From Vicugna vicugna (Eukaryota), in the NCBI GenBank assembly GCA_013265495.1, contig MU058844.1, forward strand, positions 5,557,122 to 5,577,121: 20,000 nt of DNA. The letters run 5' to 3'. Both the position numbers and the translations under genes were made by a program. Positions 9,623-20,000 of this stretch are shown one piece after another (position 1 is the stretch's first letter; the number at the start of each line of letters is the position of its first letter). Under the pieces are notes generated by a model that did no database searches, was not told where the DNA came from, and saw only the letters and a list, made by a program, of their open reading frames with translations.

Positions 9623-12289
9623 TCAGTAGGGGAAGATATAATATAGTTGATAGTCAAATTCTTAGTTGTTCCACTATAGAAAATTCCATGTGTTGGTAGA
9701 ATTAAAAGCAAATATGATTGCCATATGTTTTTCTGAAACTTCCCAAAGACAATTTTTTAATTTAAATTGAATATTTATAGACTAATACAACATTCAAACT
9801 CTGGCTTAAATGCTTTTATTTCAGGTTAAATGACAACAATAATATTGCTTTAAATATTTTAAAGCATTTCACATTTAATATTATTTTATTTACTCCACTC
9901 TGACTACATAATGCAGTGAAACATAACATTTTGACACTAATAGAAAATATTTGTATAGTCTTAAAACGTTCATTAATTCAGTAAAGTATTAAAGTTAGGA
10001 ATAATTTACATTCAAGCAAATTTACAGGCTAAGGGATAGTTACAAAAAACTCATAAAATACAGCTTATTTTCTAATTTTGCTTGCATCTTTCTTATAGCT
10101 GTACTCAAAAAGATCATGTATTCAGATGTTTGTGCAGATTACTATCTGCCCATTTTCCATCTTTCTCTCTGCACTAAACAACAAAATGTATATGCGTTAG
10201 CTCTTGGCATTTGACACTGGTGGGAAAGATTAGCAGGAGTTGTGACTTTGACAGATCAGATATATTAAGCCTTTGCTGATGGGATCCACTGCAGAAAAGC
10301 TGGTTTGTCACTGTAACTAAGATATTTGTTTATTTTTTCCAAAGAAAAAGGAACATTTTTCAGACTAGTATATTGAAATGGAACCTAATTGCCTGCACAT
10401 CACAATTTTAAATTATTTCACAGTATCCTTGTTGAGTTTTATAACAGTATCCAAAATATTGACCCATGTCATTTTCTAAATAGAAAATACAGATTTTATG
10501 TTTTATGTCAAAATGGGAGTTACCAGGGGCATAAAAATTGATTTTAAAATACTACTTCTTAGACACAGAAGTTGCTTGTTGGCCAGAAGATTTAGACTCC
10601 ATTGCACCCTTATGATCAGAGCTGTTGGTATGTTTGTGTTTTCACATGCTACAGCAATTTTTAAGATTGTCAAGAGTTGAAAAATGTTATTTTTCCAAAT
10701 GGATGACTCTTTCAGAGATATTGATGTTCTTTTAACTGATCTGTGAGTAAGTTTTGAAAAGGAATTGGTTTCTCTTAAATTCTATTTTTAATGATTAAGG
10801 CAGCTACCCAGGGCTCCTCACAGTTCCAAGGTTCTGAACATTACTTATATATCTGCTGATAGAATTTTGTACTTCAGTTAACTGTGTTTAATTCAGCCTG
10901 AGAGTGGGAGAAAAGGGGGATAGGAATGGTAGAAAGGCAGATTTGAGTAGAAGAGTGTTTAGATACCTGTAAACTCTATCTCCGTTTATCATAGTTATGA
11001 GAGTCCTTGACTACCATCACTCTGTTGTTTTGTATCATTCTATCTCTGAAAGGAATCCTAATTCTAGGCCTTCATTCAAGAAAAATCATATTTTTTACCA
11101 AACCATTACTAACATTAATTTCTTTTCCTGGACTAATCTTGTCCATACACTAAATTATTTGAGAGTGACTCTTGAGAATGTTTTATAGATTAAAGACCCA
11201 TGATTTCTGCACATGCTTCATATTTACATGTTTTGTATTTCCTTAAATCTATGCCACTGACATTATGGGATTTGTATGGAATATGTTGTATGTGATTTAT
11301 ATTTTTCTCCTTAATGTTAGATTTGAACCTAAGGTTTTTTTTTTTTTTAAATATAAGGCTTCTTGGCAAGTTGTCAAATATGGTTGTTGGAATAACATCT
11401 TTCTGTAAGGCTATTCAAAGTAAAATTATTATATGTAGCAGATAGATTTTGAGAACCAAAATAATGAGCCTCATTTGAATTCAACATTTAAAGGCTAATG
11501 ATAGATTTGACAAATGTATCAAGGACCCATTTTCTGGAAATCTAAATGTCATACTCACTGTCAGCAAGGGTTAGAGTAATATTGTGAACATTGATATGTC
11601 CTAAACTCTTTCTAGTAAAATTGAGCATTTAATCATTAACACTATTACATTAAAATGGTTTCTTTTACTTTTGCCATGCAGAGACACTTAAGATAAAAGA
11701 AGCGCAAAGAACACCCAAGTTGGAGATCTGTTTTATCTGAAGCAGCTGTTCAGATTCTGACCCAAATTACATTTTGTTTGGTTCACTTGCTATGAAAAGA
11801 AAAAAAAATTAAATATCTAACCAATTTAAAGGGATATTCAGAGCTTTTACCTAACTCTGAGTTGGCTGTGATTCGAATTTTACCAGGAACAGTTATGAAG
11901 TAAAGATTTTTCCATGCCTTTTATGACTAAATTATTCAAGTGGTAGACCATACGGAATTGCATCATATTCCTAAACTCAAGTTGTTGCAAACCATAGGTG
12001 ATTTTGAATGCAAGTTCTTAAAATGACTGCTCATCTTCCTTTTATTACCCAACTACAACAGAGTAAATTTGTGAATGAAAGTGGCTTTGTCCATTCACTT
12101 CCACTTAAGTTCCAAAATATTGTTCTCTGTACTTTGACTTTCCTACTCCTTTTGGTACATTTCCTAAGACAAAAATGTCACCCTTTTCTTTCAGTCTCCT
12201 TTCTAAATTCAGAATAAGCCTCTTACTTCATTTCTTGATCTAGGAAGCTAAAAAACTGGCTGAGCTACAAAAGTATTGATGTAAATTTA

Positions 12290-12416
12290 AATTTACATAT
12301 TGTATATATTTATGTATATTTACAGATATAGTGTATATGTATTATATATAATATATGTAATGTATTATACATAATAAATGTATATGTGTATACAATACAC
12401 ACACACACATATATAA
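12290..12416. repeat. (TA)-rich low-complexity tract ending in (CA)n
   Basis: Degenerate tatatatgt repeats followed by acacacacacacat. Confidence 0.85.
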
Positions 12417-13517
12417 AAACACAAAGAAGCCAAAAGAAAACAAGATTTCTTTTGCTCCTTTGTTGTGTCACTGGGTTTAAGCCCTTGGGTTTGGAATAGA
12501 GGATTTTCAGTAAGAATTTTTAACAGAATTGTGAGGTTTAAGAAATTCTCTTAATTTAAGTATAAGTCCTACAGTTAAATTGTACATTAATTTCCCCATA
12601 TTTAGATAATAATTAATATAACAGATCATGAAGTTTTAGAATATGAAGACAGAAATAATGTTTTATTTCTCCTTTATGATTTCTGTGAATATATTTGATT
12701 GAAATATACTACATAGTATGTAAAATATTTTGAAAATGTTTTGTTTCACTGTTCTCTAATAGAAACCTTTTTGCAATAACCATAATAACTCCCCAGACTT
12801 GAGAGATGTCTGAAAATTGTTCTGGGTGGAAGAAAAATTGAAATTTTTCTAAGAAGTTATTTTCAGCAGAATATTTGACCTCAGCTTTCTACCAGCATTA
12901 TTTTACAGATTCATAAATGGTTTCTTGGCAAAATCCAATCAACTTTCTTCAATTTTCTTTCTTTTCCCAGTTGTATTTGCAATCTTTTTAATACTCTTTT
13001 CTCCTTTATCTTACCTGAAACTTTTTTTTTAACTTTGTCCTCTTTACTAGCTTTTCTTTTTATAATCAGTTGCTGTTCAGCTCAGTTCTGTTCAGTATTC
13101 TCTGAACATTAACTCATACATTTACTCACTTACTTTTTTCTATAAAAATGAATAATTATTCATTGTCTGTTTTGTGTTAATTACTTAGGTAATCCATCAG
13201 CCATTCTAGTGTAACCCAGACTTATGTTGACATGTATGACTCACAAATCATGTTCTGACTATTCACTCTCTCTCCAATTAGTTATGAGTAGATTAGAAAT
13301 GAGGAAATTAAAGTCATAGAATATTTTATCAGAAGTCCTTTGAAATGGCTTATGCTATTTAAAAAAAAAACAAGAGAGTTAGTTCAGTGAATGTATACTC
13401 TTTGAATACATAGTGATGTAATTTACTCAAGCAGTACAAGTTCTGAGATGAGACTGGACTGCATCATAATTGCAGCTACTTCATAGTTTTGTTGGTTTGT
13501 TTTTAAGAAATAAATGG

Positions 13518-13565
13518 TGACACAACATTGTAAACTGACTATAACTCAATTAAAAAAATAAGAAA
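13518..13565 (+). mobile_element. Ultra-short 5'-truncated L1 (about 33 nt of 3' end plus A tail) with 13-bp TSD
   Basis: tgacacaacattgtaaactgactataactcaat is homologous to the L1 termini at 19570-19680 (reverse complement). TSD aagaaataaatgg (13505-13517) versus aagaaagaaatgg (13566-13578), at a TTTT/AAGA endonuclease-like site. Confidence 0.85.
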
Positions 13566-14051
13566 AAGAAAGAAATGGGATAGTGCCTGGAAATTCTGTG
13601 ATACAGTAAGCACTCCTGAAGCCCAGAGCTTATCATTGCCATCATCATCATTAGTATTACCAAAAAAAAAAAATTCATCCTCTTCCTCTGTGCACTGTAC
13701 ATACTCTAAGGTGACAATAAAATTCTCAGTTGCAGATACTGCCTGTAAATATGTCCCATTCAAATTTTATAAATGTACAAATAATTAAATATTTTTAGGG
13801 TAAAGTATTTATTAGTCAAAAATATGTATAGGTGCCTAAATTCAAAATCAGGATAAATGTTTAAATACAAAATATTTTTGTTTAGTTCAAGTTGTATGTT
13901 ATAATTTAATTAAATAAGTGTTCTGTAGAAGCAGGTAGATAGAATCATTACTTATTTGTACTTTGTGTGGGACAGAAAATGCAAATAATCCATCCCAATC
14001 GATAGACTTTGTAACAACTATATAATATACTTGCATTTATGTTTTACTTTA

Positions 14052-14777
14052 TTTTTATATTATCTTAATCCATATATTTTATTTATTTATTTATTTATTT
14101 ATTTAGGTATAGTTAGTTATAATGTGTCAATTTCTGGTGTACAGCATAATGTCCCAGTCATGTATTTTATATATATGTGTATATATACATATATACACAC
14201 ACACACACACACATTTATTTTCATATTCTTTTTTATTAAAGGTTGTTACAAGATATTGAATATAGTTCCCTGTACTTTACAGAAGAAATTTGTTTTTTAC
14301 TATTTTTATGTACAGTAGTTAACATTTGCAAATCTCGAACTCCCAGATTTATCCCTTCCCATCCCCTTTCTCCTGGTAACCATAAAATTGTTTACTATGT
14401 TGTGAGTTTATTTCTGTTTTGTAGATGAGTTCATTTGTGTCCTCTTTCTTCTTTTTTTAGATTTTACATATGAGTGATATCATATAGTATTTTCCTTTCT
14501 CTTTCTGGCTTACTTCATTTAGAATGATGATCTCCAGGTCCATCCATGTTGCTGCAAATGGCATTATTTTATTCTTTTGGTGTCTGAGTAATATTCCATT
14601 GTATAAATATACCACAACTTCTTTATCCAGCCATATGATCCAGCAATCCCATTCCTAGACATATATCCAGAGGGAACTCTAATTCTAAAAGGTACATACA
14701 CCTCAATCTTCATAGCAGGACTATATTCAATAGCCAAGACATGGAAGCAACCTAAATATCCATCAACAGATGACTGG
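14052..14777 (-). mobile_element. Camelid-type L1 3' end with 5' inversion (minus about 14077-14634; inverted plus 14631-14777)
   Basis: (TTTA)n tail and 3' UTR, with the ORF2 end on the minus strand (WIKKLWYIYTMEYYS...IMPFAATWMDLEIIILNEVSQKEK). The plus segment translates PYDPAIPFLDIYPEGTLILKGTYTSIFIAGLYSIAKTWKQPKYPSTDDW. Candidate TSD tttacttta at 14043-14051 and 14778-14786. Confidence 0.92.
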
Positions 14778-15084
14778 TTTACTTTAATAAAGCATACTTC
14801 AGCCTGAAACCATTGAAAATTCAGGCTCTTTTAACGTTTGAGAACACAGTGGTCATTGGATAATTTAGTGAAAGTCAGTAAAAGATTTGTTTTTAAGATT
14901 GAGCTCTGTAAAGGGTTTTCTAAGTCACTTATTCATATTGTTGTCATTTGTATTGTAAACCAACCAGTTGTGAAAAACAAAACAAAGAGTGTTCTAAGGC
15001 TAGGTCACTGATGAGTTTCCTCTGCATTCTAAAAGCTAATGGATCCATACAGATTTTTTATGATAACTATCAAACAAAATCAAA

Positions 15085-15562
15085 GTATAGTATAAGGCCA
15101 CTATATTAACACCACAAATTAGGCAGCTTAAAACAACAGAAATGTATTGGCACATGGCTCTGAGGGCTGAAAGTCTGAAATCAAGATACTAGCAAGGCTG
15201 TGCTTCCTCTGAAACCTATAGGGGAGAATACTTGCTCACTTCTGGCTTTCTGGTGTTTGCCTGCAGTTCTCAACTCTCCTGGCTGATAGATGCAGTGCTC
15301 CAATCTTAGCCTCCATTGTGGTAAGACCATCTTCTCCCTGTATTTCTCTGTCTTCACATGGTCTTCCCAGTGAGGCTGCCTATGCCTGAATTTCTCCTTC
15401 TTATGACACCAGTCATATGGGATTAGGACCCTAAGGACCTCATCTTAACTTGATTATCTCTGCAAAAACTCTACTTCCAAATAAGGTCACATTCACAGGT
15501 ACCAGAGTTTAGGATTCGGGCTTTAACATGTCTTTTGGGGAGTCACCATTCAACCCTTAACA
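15085..15562 (-). mobile_element. MaLR solo LTR, MLT1C-like
   Basis: caccacaaattaggcagcttaaaacaacagaaatgtatt...aagtctgaaatcaag...gacaccagtcatatgggattagg...gacctcatcttaacttgatta...ttccaaataaggtcacattcacaggtacc...attcaacccttaaca; about 480 bp, ending in ACA (LTR 5' TGT on the minus strand). Confidence 0.9.
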
Positions 15563-15899
15563 CTGAGCATGTTTTTTCTTGTTCCTTCCTTCTCCCAGGC
15601 TCTCAGTCTTTTCCTGGCTGCACTTGTTGTCTATTCATCAAGCACTGTGTCAACAACACCCTAATTTTTGTTTTTGTGATTCTACAAGGTTTAATCTGGT
15701 AACCTCCCTGTCCCCAAACCTGGCAAAATGCTTTCATTATCAATCTCTGTTTCCTGGACTTTTTTGCCCTTAGCCTACATATTAGTACACATATCTCTCA
15801 ATACCAAGAAAAGTAAAAATGTCCTTCCTGTGAGTCTATTTTTCACTCTAAAGAGCATTCTGTTTCATTCTCTTTCCTAGGCCTAGTATTTTTTAAGAA

Positions 15900-16815
15900 T
15901 GATTTTCACCCGATTATATTTTCTCAAATCCTATTTGTACGATTGGGGTTTAAGCCCCAAAACTGTACTGAAACTGCTATGACAAAGATCACTAATGATT
16001 GATATTTGCTACATTTCAGTGCACATTTGAGTATGATTTTAAATATTTGTCATACTGACACCTTCATTCTTCGGTGAGTTTCCCTTTTGCCTCTCTGGAT
16101 ATTCTTTCTAAGAATCCTGTGAAGTCTCCTTTGAATTCTTTTTAAATGTCAGAGCATGTTAGAGTTACAGTCCTTAATCCTCTTCTTCCAGCATTTGTAT
16201 TTTTTTACTGAAAGATTCATATCCACTTTCAGAGTTTTCTTCAGCCCCGACCTATTCTCTTAATATCAGGTTATTTGTAATTATTCCTCTAACTTGTTAT
16301 TTATACTTTGAAGTATCTCTCAAATGCATCCTCTTTTCTATCATCTGTATCACCACAATTTAACTCAAACTACCTACCCTCTCTCACTTCTTCTCTCGCT
16401 TTTGCCTTCATCTTATTCTTTGTTGACTGCTGTAATAGGTTCCTTACCTCAAAGTTTTGTATCTCTGTGAGTCCTCTCACTGTCTTACCTGGATGATTTT
16501 TCTAAAACTTAAATATTAGCATTATCATCCCTTGATTATAAGTATCTTCAGTTACTTATGATCTCCCCTTATTGGGACCAAAATTCAAACTTAGATTGTC
16601 ATCAAGATCTTAAATACTTTGGAGCTTGTCTACCACTCCAAACCTGCTCCATCACTTCTTAAATACGCTATAGGTTTACGTGTTTATATGCCTCTACCTG
16701 GTCATCACCTCTCTTCATTCTCGCCTCCCCCAACAGGCATAATGCTGTAGTTATCTTTGTATGTGTAGTTATTAGCATAACACTAGTATACCGTGAATGT
16801 CAGTACATGTGAAAT
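15900..16815 (+). mobile_element. LINE-2 (L2) 3' half, degraded
   Basis: actgaaactgctatgacaaagatcactaatga; gactgctgtaataggttcctta; gatgatttttctaaaac; aaaattcaaact; ends in an L2-terminus-like ttagcataacactagtata...gtacatgt. May extend left to about 15570. Confidence 0.7.
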
Positions 16816-16998
16816 AGGGACAACTGAGGAAAAGTCTGATATCCATGTCATTCAAGGAACTGTTCCACATTTTGCCCAATTAGAGCACCAGAAAATGACT
16901 GAGCTCCCTTCTGTAATTCAGGTTTGCTGATGCGGTGACTTTTTTTTTTTTTTTTTCTAGTTTAAAAGAATAAACAAGCCCCTTGAGTTTTGGTTCCA

Positions 16999-17815
16999 NN
17001 NNNNNNNNNNNNNNNNNNNNNNNNNNNNNNNNNNNNNNNNNNNNNNNNNNNNNNNNNNNNNNNNNNNNNNNNNNNNNNNNNNNNNNNNNNNNNNNNNNNN
17101 NNNNNNNNNNNNNNNNNNNNNNNNNNNNNNNNNNNNNNNNNNNNNNNNNNNNNNNNNNNNNNNNNNNNNNNNNNNNNNNNNNNNNNNNNNNNNNNNNNNN
17201 NNNNNNNNNNNNNNNNNNNNNNNNNNNNNNNNNNNNNNNNNNNNNNNNNNNNNNNNNNNNNNNNNNNNNNNNNNNNNNNNNNNNNNNNNNNNNNNNNNNN
17301 NNNNNNNNNNNNNNNNNNNNNNNNNNNNNNNNNNNNNNNNNNNNNNNNNNNNNNNNNNNNNNNNNNNNNNNNNNNNNNNNNNNNNNNNNNNNNNNNNNNN
17401 NNNNNNNNNNNNNNNNNNNNNNNNNNNNNNNNNNNNNNNNNNNNNNNNNNNNNNNNNNNNNNNNNNNNNNNNNNNNNNNNNNNNNNNNNNNNNNNNNNNN
17501 NNNNNNNNNNNNNNNNNNNNNNNNNNNNNNNNNNNNNNNNNNNNNNNNNNNNNNNNNNNNNNNNNNNNNNNNNNNNNNNNNNNNNNNNNNNNNNNNNNNN
17601 NNNNNNNNNNNNNNNNNNNNNNNNNNNNNNNNNNNNNNNNNNNNNNNNNNNNNNNNNNNNNNNNNNNNNNNNNNNNNNNNNNNNNNNNNNNNNNNNNNNN
17701 NNNNNNNNNNNNNNNNNNNNNNNNNNNNNNNNNNNNNNNNNNNNNNNNNNNNNNNNNNNNNNNNNNNNNNNNNNNNNNNNNNNNNNNNNNNNNNNNNNNN
17801 NNNNNNNNNNNNNNN
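16999..17815. other. Assembly gap (817 N)
   Basis: Run of N, followed by C16 at 17816-17831. Confidence 1.
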
Positions 17816-18989
17816 CCCCCCCCCCCCCCCCACAATTTCCCCATAGCTTACCTGTCCATTGTCGCTGCTGGGGTGGGAGAAAGTAAAGAAAAGAGAGATT
17901 TGTCTAGCATCACCAAATGAAACTCAAGATTCATCTTGCCATAGATTTTTGTTATAAATTCTTACATGAGCAGTACAAATAGGACTCAGTCACATTATGG
18001 GTTAAATTTGCTTTGCGAGGAGAAGGGGCATGTGGCCTATAAAATGAACAATCATTTATTACACAGAATTCAGCTTCAAGTAGCTACTACTTTACTGATT
18101 AAATTAGGGAAATGTCTGTTTGGGAAAAGTGGCTTTAATTAATAAGCAGTTCTCCCCATCTGGTTCAAAGTGAAACAGCCCTATAGCAAGTACACTTGTA
18201 GCAGGACATGGAATCTCCCATTGAGCAGTCAGCCATTAAAGTACATAGATAGAAAAACCAGAGAAGACACCATGATTAGGATTATAGATCTTCAACATGG
18301 GCTAAATTTATTTTGGCTCAAAAAAGTGACTAATGATTGTTTTAAAACACCCACAGTTAAAGAAATCTTGTTCTAGCTCTAAAAAATGGGATTTTCCTGA
18401 CAATTCATATGTCTTCGAAATCAATAAAAGGTAGCTAATATGTGCCTAGCATTTTATAAAAGATGCTCTTGGGTTTGGAATTATTCTTACGAGAATAGGA
18501 TTAACTTGCTACATTTTGCTGAACTAGTGTATTATTGTAAACACTAGATTCATGAGGGGAATAATGAAAAAGCAAGAATCTATTTTTCTGTACAGTATAT
18601 TGATTTCCTGGTCTGAGAATTTGTTTAATGCTAATTAAAATCCATTCTTAGAATCTCCAGGTTTATTTCTCACAATAGTCAATTTAATTCAAGGTCTTAA
18701 TTCTTTCAAGTAATTTAGATGCATAGAAACTGTCTAACAAATTTTTCATTTTACCGTTTTCTATCTCTCGTCTTAGTGTGCTGTATTCAGATTTTCCCTT
18801 ATGTATTATAGTAGAAATGTAAAAAAAAATCTTTGAGTTTACTTGAGCATTTGTTTTGAAAAGTGCCCTCCTTGAAATGCTTTTTTTCTAGACAGTTAAA
18901 ACCTGCTGTTACTATATATTATGTGCAGTTTTGTTTAATAATAAATGTTACTGAAGTAAAGTTTCTCTCCATCTCTCTGTCTGTCTCTC

Positions 18990-19560
18990 TCTTACCCACC
19001 CCCCCTCCATTCCTCCTCATTACTTCTCACCACTCCCATTATACTAACTTGGCTGAGTTCCAACCAGCTTAAATCCACTCTCCTGTCTATACCTGGGAAG
19101 CTGAAGATGGCAGAAGAAAATCATACTCCCTTGCTGACTGGCTTCATGGTCAGTTCATGAGCATTAAATCAGGTGGGCTTTTGGTGTGCCATTACAGTAT
19201 TACCACATTTTCCATGAAAAATCACGCTCGTAAATCTTTTATAACATCTCTAATCTGCTACAGCATCCCCCATCTCCTATGCTACAGCTACCTCCTCTTT
19301 TTCTATTACACTGACAAAAGCTCTCAGAAGAGAGCTTTCACCCCACCTTCATCTACAATCCATACCTTTCAGGGAATAGATCTCATCCCTTCTGACCTTA
19401 TTTACAACATAATTCCATTATTTTGTTATTTGCAAACTGGCATTTCTTGCTCTGTATGCTCTCCTGAGTTCCAGAGCCTTGGGTTTAGGTTGTAATGGAT
19501 CTTAACCTTCAGCCCTAACTTTTCATTTATTTTCCTCTGAACCATCATTTTTTGCTTCTT
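18990..19560 (+). mobile_element. LINE-2 (L2) internal ORF2 fragment
   Basis: cttaaatccactctc...agctgaagatggcagaagaaaatcata...tgctgactggcttcat...ttcatgagc...caggtgggc matches the recalled L2 internal consensus (ggctggagaaaaacacacaaccatgctgactgg). Confidence 0.7.
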
Positions 19561-19569
19561 GTTATTACC

Positions 19570-20000
19570 TTTTTTTAAAACATTTTTTAATTCAGTTATA
19601 GTCATTTCACAATGTTGTGTCAAATTCTTTTTTTAACTTTTTTTTATTGAGTTACAGTCATTTTACAATGTGTCAAATTCCAGTGTAGAGCACAATTTTT
19701 CAAGTCATACATGAACACATATATTCATTGTCACATTTTGTTTCACTGTGAGCTACCACAAGATCTTGTATATATTTCCCTGTGCTATGTAGTATAATAT
19801 TGTTTATTTGTTATTTATATGCCTGTTGGTATCTACGAATTTTGAAATCCCAGTCTGTCCCTTCCCACCCCCTAACCCCTTGGCAAACACAAGTTTGTAT
19901 TCTATGTTTATGAGTCTGTTTCTGTTTTGTATTTATGTTCTTTTTTTTTTTAGATTCCACATATGAGCGTTCTCATATGGTATTTTTTTTAATTTTTCTG
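19570..20000 (-). mobile_element. Camelid L1 3' end (continues beyond window) with a doubled terminal segment
   Basis: T tail, attgagttacagtcattttacaatgtgtcaaattccagtgtagagcacaattttt...ccacaagatcttgtatatatttccctgtgct...tagattccacatatgagc. Colinear with, but diverged from, the L1 at 14077-14634 (different subfamily). Confidence 0.92.

Noticed and set aside
16880..17886. Four long ORFs of 287-317 aa
   Set aside because: Artefacts of translating the N gap.
1351..19623. Remaining 60-112 aa ORFs in the ORF track as standalone genes
   Set aside because: Their lengths are expected by chance, many lie in L1/L2/LTR or microsatellite sequence, and I recognise no domains. Only 1867-2049 overlaps a signal (the exon candidate), and it runs through the donor site.
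1..20000. CRISPR array, retron, operon or other prokaryotic/viral system
   Set aside because: The sequence is mammalian non-coding DNA with no regularly spaced repeats and no long ORFs; the short direct repeats occur only as pairs consistent with TSDs or duplications.

Overview
AT-rich, CpG-depleted mammalian non-coding DNA, most likely from a camelid (alpaca/vicuna/camel). This assignment rests on a tRNA-Ala(AGC)-derived SINE matching my recollection of the camelid vic-1 family and on camelid-type L1 3' ends. The window holds eutherian interspersed repeats (L1 3' fragments, L2, MIR, MLT1/MaLR LTR pieces), microsatellites and an 817-N assembly gap (16999-17815). No supplied ORF is a credible standalone protein, and there is no sign of prokaryotic genes, CRISPR arrays or RNA genes. 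The best gene-like signal is a 111-nt + strand candidate internal exon (1873-1983) in unique sequence. Antisense orientation of the longer L1s and LTRs fits the window lying in a long intron of a + strand gene, which I cannot name. The clearest structure is retrotransposition mechanics: two independent 5'-inverted (twin-primed) L1s, an ultra-short L1 with a TSD, a doubled L1 3' terminus and a SINE with unusually long flanking direct repeats. I found no convincing new biological system. Repeat family names come from recalled consensus similarity, not a database search, and boundaries of old repeats are approximate.
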